From assembly GCA_044892505.1 (NCBI GenBank), contig CM097882.1:167958001-168022000 (forward strand): 64,000 nucleotides of DNA, read 5' to 3'. This document shows, piece after piece, positions 25,400 through 37,800 of the stretch (the first letter of the stretch is position 1; every line of letters starts with the position of its first letter). The position numbers were made by a program, and so were the translations under genes. Below the pieces are notes generated by a model. The model was given only the letters and a program-made list of their open reading frames with translations. It ran no database searches and had not been told where the DNA came from. Source of the DNA: Schmidtea nova. Lineage: Eukaryota.

Positions 25400-25619
25400 T
25401 AACAATTATTTTAAACCAATTAAACCAATTGAAAGGCGTAACCACCTAGTCTTTATATTACCTCTGATTGTATTGCTTATGAGTAGAATGATAGATAATT
25501 TTTATAGTTTTAAATGTATAGGGTTTTGTATTGTCAAATTATTATTTCGATTTAATGACGAGGTTGACATTCGTGTTGATTATTTTTCTTATTCTATTGT
25601 TTATGAATTAGTTGGTTTG

Positions 25620-26050
25620 ATTGTTGGCGATTCTAAGTTTTCAGTATTGCTCTTTGTTCTGTTCTCGTTTATTTTTTCAAACTTCATGGGTGATATGCTA
25701 CATACCTTGGAAAAGACTGCCCTTCTTCTTTGTATTCAAGTTTCAGAGCATAGTCAATTAATGGGATTTAGCGTTGTTTCCAATTATATTGATGTTAGTA
25801 AATATGTGAGTGTGAGAATTTTGGGTGCGTGTGTTTACCTCAATTTTTGCAAATTAAGTAAATTAACTGATGTGGTTGTTGACGATTTTTATTTTTTGAT
25901 TTTGATTTGTGTTCTATAATCGTTTAATTTTTCAAATATCACAGGCGAAATACCACATACATTGGAAAAGACTGCCCGTCTTTTCTGTATTCGAGTTTTA
26001 GAGCATTTTCAATTGATGATTATGGATTTTGTTTTCAATCATCCTGTTGT
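25620..26050. repeat. Diverged 255-bp tandem duplication with an exon/intron-like unit on the minus strand
   Basis: TTGGAAAAGACTGCCC at 25707 and 25962; both units read IxxALKLEYxxxGQSFP|GTATGT, then 47 nt, then AG. Confidence 0.6.
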
Positions 26051-26544
26051 ATATAAATATGAAAATATTTATAAAATATTCTTAAAAAAATATTTTTTTA
26101 TAAAAAAAGAGAATATTATATTTTTAAGATTAATTTATTTAAATTAAAAAATAATTTTATTGTTTAAATTTTTTGGCTATTTTAAAAATTTATAATATAC
26201 ATTTTATTTAAAAATTATGATTAATTTGTTTGAAAATCAATTTATTTGATTTATTTTCGAATGAAAGATTGAACAGCAATTGATGATGAGAATTAAGTTC
26301 TCAAAATATATTGTGCAGAAAATATATTCGGATTTGCGTTTGTTTTCAATTAAATATGCTTATTTTTTATTAATGACTAACTAACTGAAAATGATTTAGT
26401 CTATTTTTATTAAAACAAAAAGGACAAGTACTTAGAAATTTTAAATTTTTAACACAATTACTAATATTCAGAAAATGATGTGTTTTAATTACTTCCTTTC
26501 AATTGACATTTAGATAAAATTCATTATACATAGGTTGTGTAACA

Positions 26545-26724
26545 NNNNNNNNNNNNNNNNNNNNNNNNNNNNNNNNNNNNNNNNNNNNNNNNNNNNNNNN
26601 NNNNNNNNNNNNNNNNNNNNNNNNNNNNNNNNNNNNNNNNNNNNNNNNNNNNNNNNNNNNNNNNNNNNNNNNNNNNNNNNNNNNNNNNNNNNNNNNNNNN
26701 NNNNNNNNNNNNNNNNNNNNNNNN
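26545..26724. other. Assembly gap (N run)
   Basis: N characters. Confidence 1.
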
Positions 26725-27967
26725 ATTATTATTAATTGTTTTGTCGTTATCAGAGTTTATTAAAATTTTAAAAAAGTAAGAATGTGAAGTCTTTTTCCGT
26801 AATGTTTATTAAATAAATATTTCGATCCTAAAAAGAACCTGGTCACTCCAATGCAAAATTCTTTCCAATTGACTTGATACTTCGTGCTGGATATTTTATT
26901 TCTCCTGAATTCTGATTTAATATTAATTATTAAAACAAATTAAAATTTATTCTCTAGAAAAATTAAATAAAATAAAATTGCTACTTATTTTCAGGAGAAA
27001 GAAAATATCCAGCAAGAAGTAGGAAGTCAATTGGAAAGGATCACGACTTTTTCATTCGAAACATTTCATTTAATAAACATTTCGAAGAAAAGCTTAACAC
27101 TGTTACCTTACTATTATATTTTAATAAATTATGCTAACGACAAAACAATTTATACTTATACTTTCAACCTGAGACAGATTAACGTTGCCTTCCAAATAGC
27201 TACAGAAGAGATTTAAAAATTTTATATTCAAAGTGACATTGATCCTTGAGAAAAGTCAAAGTCATATTTTTCAAAACTTTAAAAAATTCAAAAATTCGAA
27301 AATTTTCAAAAACACAAAAATATAAAAAATTCAAGTCAATACTGATTATCAACATTTATTAAAAATACATTAAGCAATTCTAGCACTTTTGATTTTCCAA
27401 ATAGGAGACACTTCTTCTTTTGGATCTATGAGAATATGAGAACTTGAATGGTATTTCATTTAATAAGAAAAACATTTGATAATCGTGATACACTTGAACC
27501 GGTTTGAAATAATTTTTGCTTTGAACTGATTTAATTTCGCTTTTAACCCATTTATGGCTAAAATTATTTTTTAAAGATTTTTTATATAATCTTTATAACA
27601 GCAATATGATTAAATTGCATATATATTTATTTATTTTGTGACCGAAAAATAGTGTCCTATATTTGGGACATTGGCCAATACTAATAGTTATTATACAAAT
27701 GATAAAAAAAGTAAAAGAAAACTTAGAATTCTTTCATTTATTTGCACAATGAAGAATGTTAAGTAGTGAAACAAAATCATGAGCACCATATTTTGTAAGG
27801 GTTATTATCAAATTCATTTCATCGCATCAACTTGAACTTCAATCTTAAGATGGAATAAAAGAAAGAAGAATAGAATGGCTAAAGAATTGATAATGATTTT
27901 AAGAAAGAGAAAGTTGTCAATATAAAATCTATTTAGTGTTTTAATATTCAGATTTGTAGGTGTAGAT

Positions 27968-28185
27968 CAGAGCTGGCCAACCAAAATTTCACCAAGGGCC
28001 ACACTTAAATAAGAATAATTGGAATATTTTGTTCTTATCATTTTACTGGCTTAACAAATAATGTTATGCAATTTTTTTATGATAAATTTGAGTGGAAAAA
28101 CTAGATATAAAAAGAAAATGAATGAAAAACAAAATATATTTGTATGGTTATAAATATAAGAATGCCGCGAGTTGGTCACTTCTTG
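27968..28185. mobile_element. hAT (Buster-like) MITE
   Basis: CAGAGCTGGCCAAC...GTTGGTCACTTCTTG; 8-bp TSD GT(G/A)TAGAT with one mismatch. Confidence 0.6.
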
Positions 28186-28705
28186 GTATAGATTTTCAAT
28201 AAAGATTATTATGGATATTAAGTCTTGTAATATGTATCAATCCGATTTAACTAATTTCACTAAAATAGAATGAATTACTTGTCTTAAATAATATTAGCAT
28301 TCCAGATAATGATTTATCAAATTATATATTTATTAAGAAATTATAAAGAAATTACAGTTTTAAAAGAAATTATTTCTGAAATTGAAAAGATTATGCTTTA
28401 TTTAATTGAGAAAATTTTATGTTTACATAACATTGAAGTGAATATGTTATGTTGGTGATTAAAAATTAAAGGTATGGTAAAATTTTAATTGAACTAACGT
28501 ATAATTAATTATGTAAAGATTCATGAACTGATGGCAAATTCTATATTTTATTAACTTTAATATGAATTTTATCTTCCAATTATTGCAGATTTTTAGTAAT
28601 ATTTTAAGATCTCATTTATGTTTGTGATAAGATAAAAAGGCTTACATTAAAAAATTACAAAGAAATTACAATTAATCAAACTAAATTTATTTATTTGAGA
28701 ACAAG

Positions 28706-29131
28706 TTAGTAGTATTTTGGTTGATAACTTCGTCGTTTCTTAAATCGTCTTCTGAACGCATTCAAATATCCAGGAATGACAATGTAAGCATTAGATGATA
28801 AACTCCTTAATCCAAATAAATTCCATCCGGTTCCTACTGATCCAGTTGCTATCCCTCCCCCGATGCCTGAAATTCCTGCGACACCGCCACTAATACTTTC
28901 ACTCCATCCTGCGGCACCATTCAAACCATCTCCTACTCCAAAATCTCCTTCTCCGACTCCAACAGAACTATCAACAATTCCATCATGTTCACTGAAACCA
29001 GAACCGAAACTCGAATGGTCAATCCCTGATATCACACCTCCTGTGTGACCAATGCCTCTGTATCCGCTTGGTTTGGCATTTAGGAAAATAAATAATGCGG
29101 ATAAGCATACCATGAAGGTTAGAATAGCCAT
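28706..29131 (-). CDS. Secreted glycine-rich orphan protein, 141 aa
   Basis: MAILTFMVCLSALFIFLNA hydrophobic signal-like N-terminus; G/S-rich core; basic tail RRRFKKRR; TATAAA about 45 nt upstream and AATAAA just after the stop. Confidence 0.75.
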   Translation of the reverse strand: MAILTFMVCLSALFIFLNAKPSGYRGIGHTGGVISGIDHSSFGSGFSEHDGIVDSSVGVGEGDFGVGDGLNGAAGWSESISGGVAGISGIGGGIATGSVGTGWNLFGLRSLSSNAYIVIPGYLNAFRRRFKKRRSYQPKYY

Positions 29132-30094
29132 TTTGCAATGTACCAATATTTGCAGAAAGAAAATTATGCAAATTTATAATAAATTTTTTGTGGGAAAATT
29201 ATTTAATTACGGCAATGAATTAGTGATTGTACGTGACATTTCATTTGATAGTTTTTTTAAATTTTAATAAATATTTATCACAGTTAGAGGTTTTTAAAAT
29301 TTTATCTGCTTTTTATATTTTTATCAGATCTTATATTTGGTGCCTTTGTTGCCCTCGTTATCCAGTTTCCGATACCAATACTATATATCTCTTATTATCT
29401 TTATTATAACTGAATTACGGCAGATTTGCAGACTAATAGAACTTAGAACTATTCAAATTAAATTATCAGTAAAAATTATTACTTTATTATTTCAATATAC
29501 TTTATCTTTAAATCTTTAAATCTTTAAGACTATATATCAATATTTTGTTTTATCCTTTAATAGACTTGAAGGTACCCACAAACTTGTATGGGAAATTTTG
29601 ATGTGAACGGTATCTGCAAATTTATAAAGATATTAATATGCAATATTTATATAACAAACAGTTGGTGATAGTTTTGCAACAATAAAGTTTTGTGTTATTG
29701 GGTTGTTGGTGAAATGTAAGTTAACAATCAAATCTCTGACTCCAAAGAGTGCTTTATTTGTTCCACAAAATAACAATTCTCAGACAAATAAACATATATT
29801 GATTATCACAGTTGATCACACGAATTATAACAACACGATCGATTCAACACGCAAGTAGGCAATTATACGAAGTTTATTACAACACTTCGTGAGGAATAGC
29901 TGCACGTGTATAATACCCAAATACTCTAATAATCACTAGCCTCTGATTTGAATCAACAATTGGGTAAATTAGTTTTGATATTCCTTGTTCTTTGAGTTGA
30001 CTTTATTAACTACACTCTTCACACTATATCAATTTATAAAATGTTTCACCAACATGATGAATGTCTATGTGTAATAACCTTTTCTCTTGCAAGA

Positions 30095-31776
30095 TTTAAC
30101 AAGATTAAAAATGAAGTTTACGGGCCACCAGTAATAAGTTTAGGTGAGCTTGAAAATTGGCTTCAATCATCATCTTCTATACCAGAGTTAGAAGATGAAG
30201 CCTTTGTAGTCAATTATAAAATAACTTATGCCGATGAATATGAGTGTGAAGAGAGTAATGAAGAAAGCGATGAAGATGAAGAAAACCACGGCTCTAAATT
30301 TAGATTTTTTATAAGTACAATAAGATTACTTAAGCTAGCCTCAGCATCAACAATTTTAAATGCTGATGCAACTTATAAACTTGTTTGGCAGGGCTATCCA
30401 ATTTTAATCATTGGTACAACCGATTTAGATAGGCATTTTCATTCGTTTGGCCAAGGTATATGTACCAATGAAAAAACTGCTGATTTTAATTTTATTTTTT
30501 CAAGTATCTATATTGGCTTGAAAAAAATAAATGCATCATTATTCAATCCTCGTGTATTGATTTCTGATGCTTCTAACGCTATACGTAAAGCTTATTCACA
30601 AATTTTTAATAAAAATGAAATTGTGATGTGTTGGGCGCATATGCGTAGAAATTGTGTCAAAAAAATCGAGTCTTTAGTAGCTAAAGAAGATCAAAACGAA
30701 TTAATTGAAGATGTAGATCAACTTCAATTGTCACAAAGCCAAGTCATTTTTGAAAAAGCAAGTTCTCTATTTGTTAAAAAATGGAGTAAAAAATGGAGTA
30801 AAAAAAACGACTGAGTTTTTAGACTATATGAATATGATGTGGCTTACGACACACAATACTTGGTATGAAGGATACATGCCCTTCACGCCAAGTACTAACA
30901 ATAATCTAGAGACAAATAATCGAGTTCTTAAAGACGAAGAAACTATTAGAGAGCGCACGCCATTATCTAGATTTAGCAAACAAGCTTTAGATATTGTTAA
31001 AAAGTGGTCACTAGCATATCCTCGAAATCTGAAGGAGTTTATTACAAAACAATCAATCGACACAGCATTATGGACACAGTCTTATCAATGGGCAAAAGAA
31101 AGCAAAGCAATTCTTTCGGTGCCCCAAGAACAGTCGACAAACTACTATGTTTCAGCTAGTGACGCAACTATAACTCAAGAAGACATTGACAAAGTTGAAA
31201 AAATGCGCTGGACAACATTCGATCAATTTACGAAGCGAGCTTTTACTGTCTGGTGCATTAATTTACCAAACGATAAAGCCAATTGAGCCAACGGTCAGTG
31301 CAATTGTCCAGCATTTTTTTAAAAATTTATTTGCAAGCATGTTGTCGGCATTTCAATCAGACTTAAATATTGCAAAGTACCGGCAGTAGCTAAGAATACT
31401 TCTATTGGAAGTAAACTACCAAGAGGAAGACCAACTAAAGCTAAAAAAGTCTTATTAAAACAATAATTTCAAATATTTTTATTATAGTCTTTGTGAAATA
31501 GTCTTTGTATTTTATGGATTTTTTTATTGTGTCACTTTTTGTTTATTCTTATGAATTTTTCATTGTTTTACTTAGTTTTTGTATTTTTTTACTTATAAAA
31601 ATTAAAAATATTACCTATAATAAAATAATTAAATACCTAATGAATTCTATTTTTTTACTTATATAATTAATATAATACTTATCATTTTATAAATATTTAC
31701 TTAGAAAAAAATACATAAAGGCACTAATAAAATACATAGCGTTTAGTAAAAAATACATAGCGAATAAATAGGAGCC
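30095..31776 (+). mobile_element. MULE/Mutator transposon, 5'-truncated
   Basis: NADATYKL, ISDASNAI, MCWAHM, STNNNLE, SWIM finger CNCPAFFKKFICKH, RGRP tail (ends 31466); frameshift near 30790 and stop at 31284. Putative right end GGAGCC abuts a (TA)n run. Confidence 0.85.
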
Positions 31777-31994
31777 TATATATATATATATATTAATCCA
31801 AAAAATAATAAAATCTCTTTATTAATATAAATAATCAAATGTATAATCTCTTGATTGAAATTATTAAATGTGACAGTTTGAATAATCTTTAGGTAGAAAG
31901 CAAAGTGTAAATATAAAAAATTACTTTTCGATTTGAGTAATTGTAACTGGCCAATGTCCCAAAAATGGGACATAAAGTTTAAAATAATATAATA

Positions 31995-32395
31995 CTTACA
32001 TTTCGCATTAGATGAACTAATTTTGTTTAATAGCGTTCTTTTGTCACTAAACAACACATCTAATTGACAATACCTGCCACATACTCATTCAGTAAGCAAC
32101 TGGAAGATATCATGTTTCGACATGTAGCTTCTCAGAAACTTCAATCTTTAGACGCTATTTTTAATACATTTGTTGTGGCTTTGGATGGGTTAAAACAAAA
32201 AGATAACTAAACGCTCTAGGGATGCCTCCATCCAAGCCTAAACATAAAATGCTTTCACGACACACGACTATTTCCCTGGATAATCGAGTTGTAAATGTGC
32301 AAGGTGTTTGAACAATGATGGGCAGGTGAGCTCTATTGCTAAAACTACTTTCCATTTATGTTCACGGGTCCATTGCTGCCGATAGAAGAATTTAC
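31995..32395 (-). pseudogene. Adenain-like cysteine protease relic (Polinton/Maverick PRO)
   Basis: Degenerate VLAIEL..LPIIVxT..DYPGK* and DIFQLLTE*VCGRYC resemble the IVNTD..PG.HW and Q...S..CG.YC motifs; many stops. Confidence 0.55.
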
Positions 32396-32711
32396 ACTTT
32401 ACTTTCTATTTAATTCATCCGAATTCCTTATCTTTCATTTTAATTTTTCTGCCCCCTTCTTTTCAATATCAACAGATAATTCGAATAATTATAAATTCAT
32501 CCTTACTTTAATGTTCCTATTGTTTGTCATTTATTGAATTGTGTTAGTGCTTTTGGCAGTATAATTTGCATTTAATTAATTTTAATTTGAAAGTTTTTTA
32601 ATAAAAACTTTATTTTAACTACTTTACAATAAAATAAGCACAAAACAAAAATATAATAAAACTAAAATTTTGTACACAAAGAAAAATAGTAACAAATTAT
32701 GTTCGACCATT

Positions 32712-33326
32712 TCATTCGAAATATTTGAGGAAATCTTCGTCAGCTGCCGAAAAATCTGTGTTTAGATCTATCTCTGGAAATTCCTCAGTATGATGTATTA
32801 TTTGCTGCATAATCTGCTTTTTCCATCGGCGTTGCCTTGCACCCATCTTGTTTTTCTTTTTCTTCTTGATCTCGATAGTTGTTGAGGTTTTCTTTACGGT
32901 TTGATTTGCAATTTCATTAACCTGCGATGGTCCTTCTATGTTAGTACTTTTCGTGCATTACGCCTTCTCTTCTGACCAATGCTGATAAGTGATTGGTCGT
33001 ATTAATTGCTTCAATTCGCGATCGATAAACGAAGTGGTGACTGCCTTGAGGCATTTTCTCAATTCGATCCTCGTTGCCTCAAGTTCTGTCCTGTACTCTT
33101 CATTCGATCGCTGAGATTGTTGGGTTTTCATAATTTGCATCTTCATTTTGTCGGGATTGAACCAGCTTTTCTGTAGTTGAGAAATGGTAGCTTCTACTGT
33201 TTGTAATCTCTCGGATTTTCTAATGATTTCCTTCTCAAGGCTGCGAATATATCGCCAAGCCTTGTCTAATTCGCTTTGTAGGTTCATTGAGTTGTTTGTC
33301 ATTTTCTGAAAATCAATGAGTTTCAT
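32712..33326 (-). pseudogene. Orphan coiled-coil ORF (205 codons) with one internal TAA at 32958-32960
   Basis: The frame continues past the stop to ...KKKKKNKMGARQRRWKK...DFSAADEDFLKYFE*; no family recognised. Confidence 0.6.
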
Positions 33327-33455
33327 TAGTTAAAATTTTTGCTGGTTTGAATTATGTTAACAGATTTTGTTTCGTACTTTCCTCGTTGAGTTTTTCTTTA
33401 ACCTTTATATAATAAAACTAAGAAGAGAAATAAAATACATTCTATATTGTCAACA

Positions 33456-33593
33456 CTGTCGCTATGTACAGCGATCAGATAAATTCATTTAGTATTTTAT
33501 TAATTCATGCCTGTGCTATGTACAGCAATCAGGTGGATAATTTACGAATATTTACAGAAAAATAAGTTCTGCTGCCCTATGTACAGGGATCAG
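33456..33593 (-). promoter_or_regulatory. Array of three stem-loops with invariant CTGTACATAG core and covarying stems
   Basis: 33456-33478, 33510-33533, 33572-33593; plus-strand stems cgct/agcg, tgct/agca, ccct/aggg around ATGTAC. Strand assigned from the adjacent ORF. Confidence 0.6.
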
Positions 33594-33718
33594 GATAATA
33601 TATTAATTGTCATTATTTTTGGTTGATTGATGCTAAAAATGCGATCAACTTCGTCTAGTTGATTTCTGTGTGGTAGGTCATCTACCCACCTGAATTCTTG
33701 TATTAGGGTTATTGATTT

Positions 33719-33834
33719 TGCATTCTAACTTGCATTCTAAACGTGTATTCTAAACTTGTATTCTAAACTTGTATTCTAAACTTGTATTCTAAACTTGTAT
33801 TCTAAACTTGTATTCTAAACTTGTATTCTAAAAT
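33719..33834. repeat. 13-bp minisatellite (TGTATTCTAAACT), 8 full units plus one degenerate
   Basis: Direct reading. Confidence 0.95.
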
Positions 33835-34103
33835 TGAACGATGATGCTAGCCACTTTATGCAAACAAACCCCAGATGCACGATCTTGCCAAGGAACACGG
33901 TATTACTCTGAATACTTTACTGATGCATGTTAAGTTTAAATATTAATTTATCATCAAAAACAAAAAATACTGAATGATAAAATTGAAATAAAACTGTCTG
34001 TACTGCTCAGCGATAAATAAAATTCCTACCCTCTTCGTGGCACTTAATACCAGGCAGATGGCCTAACTGTACGAAGTAGTTAAATCTACTCGGCACAGTC
34101 TGC

Positions 34104-34280
34104 CTCCTTCCATCGATTTCACGATGGACAGGAGCCCCCTCAAATAAAATATAAATTCAAAATAGAAAATTTCATTTCGCCTCCCTCCACCGATTACACA
34201 GTGGACAGGAGCGCAAGTAAATCATCATAAAACCAATTCAATACATTTGCCTCCTTCCACCGATTACACAGTGGAAGGAG
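34104..34280. repeat. Array of three GC-rich hairpins CTCC(T/C)TCCA...TGGA(C)AGGAG
   Basis: 34104-34134, 34181-34211, 34251-34280, separated by AT-rich spacers. Confidence 0.75.
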
Positions 34281-34723
34281 CGCAAGACAAATCTCAAAAA
34301 ATTTCATATAAAAATTCATATAAAATTATTTATTTGTTAAATAATGACAAAAGAAATCATGATAACAAAATTACATAAATTAATGAATTCAAATGTTCAT
34401 ACCTTTACTTGAAAAATTTCTGCCTCACAATTTGATCACAAAAACAGATATCAAAATCATCTAAATTGTCTGAATCTGAATCAGCTGATGATCCAACATA
34501 TAATTTTATTAAAAAATAATCAATTTCATTTTTTGTTTAAATTAACTACATTTTTCTTTAATTCTTTTCTTTATTAATTATTTATTTCTATTGCTAACCA
34601 TTCTATGTTGTTTACATATCATTTTCTTATTACTTTTTTACATCTTAATTTTATTTCTTATAATTTTACAATATCATTTATTTCTTTCTATTACTTTTAA
34701 TTCCTTTTAATGGAATTTCTTTC

Positions 34724-34856
34724 AGTAACTATCAGTAATATCTGACATCAAAAATAAACAATTTAACAATTGAAAAACTTAATATTTATTTTTAAAAACA
34801 ACTCCTTCTTGTTGCTTATTTAAACAACTTGTTTTTTTAATAATCATTACATTACT
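34724..34856 (-). repeat. 3' LTR (133 bp, AGT...ACT)
   Basis: Directly follows the PPT; identical to 39146-39277 except one small indel/substitution. Confidence 0.95.
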
Positions 34857-34865
34857 TTCCCCTCC

Positions 34866-37800
34866 TCAACTTTGATGCCATCTCTTCAGCCATTCTATCC
34901 GTCTCGGTCGTCTAGCATCCGGAAATTGTAGCTCGACCTGGTGTTCCGACAAAAATCTAACAATCTTATATGGTCCATCGTATTGTATGTCATTCTTATT
35001 CCTTCTGTGTGGCTCCCGTCGAACCAATACTTCCTCCCCCACTTCAAAAGAACGTTTACCTCTTCGATCTTTTTCTAAAATTCTCATTCTATCTGCCGCT
35101 AGCTTAGCATTCTGAACCACTTTCTCGTCAACTCTTTGGCCTTTGATCTCCGATCCTTGTCCATTGGCATGAAGTGACACTTTCCGTCCATACACAATCT
35201 CAAATGGAGAATATTTAGTTGCGCTTTGGAACGTCGCATTGATGCTGAATTCCACCCTTGGAAGTATCTCGCACCATTCATATCGCCTGTTGTTACTAAG
35301 AATTGAAGTCACCAGTAGATCTCTCATCGTGCGAATTACTCTTTCTACCAATCCATTTGATTGATGTTGATATGGTGCTGAGAATTCTTGACGAATCCCT
35401 AAAACTTCGAATTTCTCTTTCATATATCTGCCTTCAAAATTTTTTCCTTTGTCTGAAAGAATACTTTCTGGCTTTCCATATTTATAAATCCAATTATGAA
35501 GTATAATCCGGAATATCGTCATTTCGTCTTGCTTCTCTGTCGCAGTTAGGCATACTAATTTACTGAACCTATCTATTATGACAATCACATATCTCTTTCC
35601 GGACCTTGTCTTTTCCATGTGTGCTACATCAACTACGATTTGTTCCAGAAACCCGTTACTTCCGCGTGGAATAAAAAGTTCTTTCGTTCTTCCTTGATCT
35701 ATTTTCCTTCTCGCACATATACTACATTCTTTTACAACGTGTCTTACTGTTTCACACATCTTTGGCCAGAAAAAACTATTTTCCATGTAATGAAAGACTT
35801 TTTTTCCCCCCACATGACATAATTCTTCATGAATCTTCTTAACCAGTTGTTTTTGATGGCTCTCTGGAACTGCTACTAAATCATTGGATTCTCTCTCTAC
35901 GGTAATTAAGTCATCGTTGATCTTCAATCTGTCTTTGTGAGCATATAGGAAAGATTTCTTGAAAAAATCTTCTTCCTCATTCAAAAATTCATTGATATAA
36001 TTCCATGCTCCTTGAAACCCTTTGTCCTTCTTTTGTTCTTCCATAATTTTCATCATGGTGCCAGTTTTTTGTATCGAATTAATATATCGTACCCTAGCTC
36101 TCTCCTTCTTCGGCTCTTCGTGTTGTGTTTGACATTGTGCGCACAACATTCCTCCAATTCTCGACAATCCATCGGCATTCCCATGTTCTACTCCTTTCCG
36201 ATACTGGAATTTAAAATTATATTCTGATAAGTTCACCATCCATGTTTGGAATTGTGGACTTATCGCTTTCTTTGTCGTATTCATAAATACCAGCGCCTTG
36301 TGGTCGGTTCTCGCTATGAACTCCTTCCCATATAAGTATTGACGAAAATAAGTAACAAACTCATGTAATGCCAGCAATTCCTTTCTGGTCACACAATACC
36401 CTTTTTCGTGTGCTGTGAGATGTCTCGACCCATACGCAATTACTACTTCTTTACCTTCCTCTGTGATTTGACTCAGAACGGCACCTACCGCTTCAAAACA
36501 AGCATCCGTATCTAAGACAAATACCCTGTCCATCCTAGGATAATCCAGTACAGGTGTTTTCATCAGGGCTTCTTTTAAATTCTCGAAACTTGTTTCACAT
36601 TTTTGAGACCATTGTAAGGTCTTATCACACCCCGTTGTTGCTGCATATAGTGGTGCTGCCAAACGCGCATAATCTTTGACAAATCTTCGATAGTAATTCG
36701 TCAGTCCCAAAAATGAGCGCAGTTGTTTCGCACATTTTGGTCTTGTAGCCTCCCTAATCACCCGTATCTTTTCTTCGTTAGTTTGAATCCCGAACTCACT
36801 CACGGTATGCCCTAAAAATATTAACTTATCTTTGTAGATCTTACATTTCTCCGAATTTATCTTCACGCCAGTACTTCTGATTCTTTCAAAAACTTCTTTT
36901 AGCCGGCTGTCATGTTCCGATTTATCCTTCCCGTATATGAGGATGTCATCTAAATATACCACCGCCCCATTAAAAAGAATACCTTCTAACATAGTGTTCA
37001 TGAATCTCTGAAATGTAGCTGGAGCTGTTGTCAATCCGAACGGTAATCGCTCAAAACAAAACTGCCCGCTTTTCGTACTAAACGCGGTTTTCTCCTGTGA
37101 CTCTGCTGCCAATGCCACTTGATAATATGCTTGACCCAGATCCAATGATGAGAAAAACTTCGCTCCGGCCAAGCAATCCAGTAGCTGTGTGATATTCGGC
37201 ATCGGAAAAGATTCCTTCTCTGTCAGACTATTTAGACTCCGATAATCCGCACACATTCTGATCGATCCGTCTTTCTTTCCTACTATGACTAATGGTGCGT
37301 TCCATGGGCTCTGACATCGCCTGATCACCCTTGCTTCTACTAACTTTTGTATTAAGTCATCTACCTTCCGTTCCAGATGCATCGGTTGTCGTCGTGGATA
37401 TTGCATCACAGGATTACCAGTCGTTTTAATTTTATGTACTACCGTCGTGGTATATCCTAAATCGAATTTGGTTGCCATAAATATTGAAGCAAAATCCGTG
37501 ATTAATTTCTCGAGCTCGATATTTTCCTCTTTCAGCAAGTCTGTTTTCGCTTTTAATAGTCGGTCTTTGTCGTTGATGTTTGTCTTGATCTCATTGTCTT
37601 CAATACTTTTCACTTCCACCAGTTGTATGCCGAACGCTTTCATTGTATCTACTCCACCAATAAATCCTGGTCGAATATCCCTCATAACAACAATACATAT
37701 GTTCCTCTGTTTTTGGTTCCATTTCGCCTCTACCATAGTACGTCCCAGTGGTCTTTTACTTCCTGGAAAAACGCCACAAATCGTCAAATCGCTTGCATCT

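Noticed and set aside
25224-25919. 231-aa plus-strand hydrophobic ORF
   Set aside because: Starts in an N gap, shows no third-position bias between repeat units, and is likely the antisense shadow of a T-rich strand.
29600-30091. Possible solo LTR replacing the MULE 5' end
   Set aside because: TG..CA ends can be chosen, but there is no TSD and no second copy in the window.
27653-31973. 25-bp inverted repeat (TGTCC.AT.TTTGGGACATTGGCCA) bracketing the secreted gene and the MULE, suggesting Pack-MULE gene capture
   Set aside because: No TSD, similarity stops abruptly, a GGGACAAAA motif recurs elsewhere (59126), and a better MULE right end lies at 31776.
33456-34280. Hairpin arrays or the 13-bp repeat as CRISPR-like arrays
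   Set aside because: Eukaryotic context, only three units each, no cas genes, and spacers are low-complexity AT.
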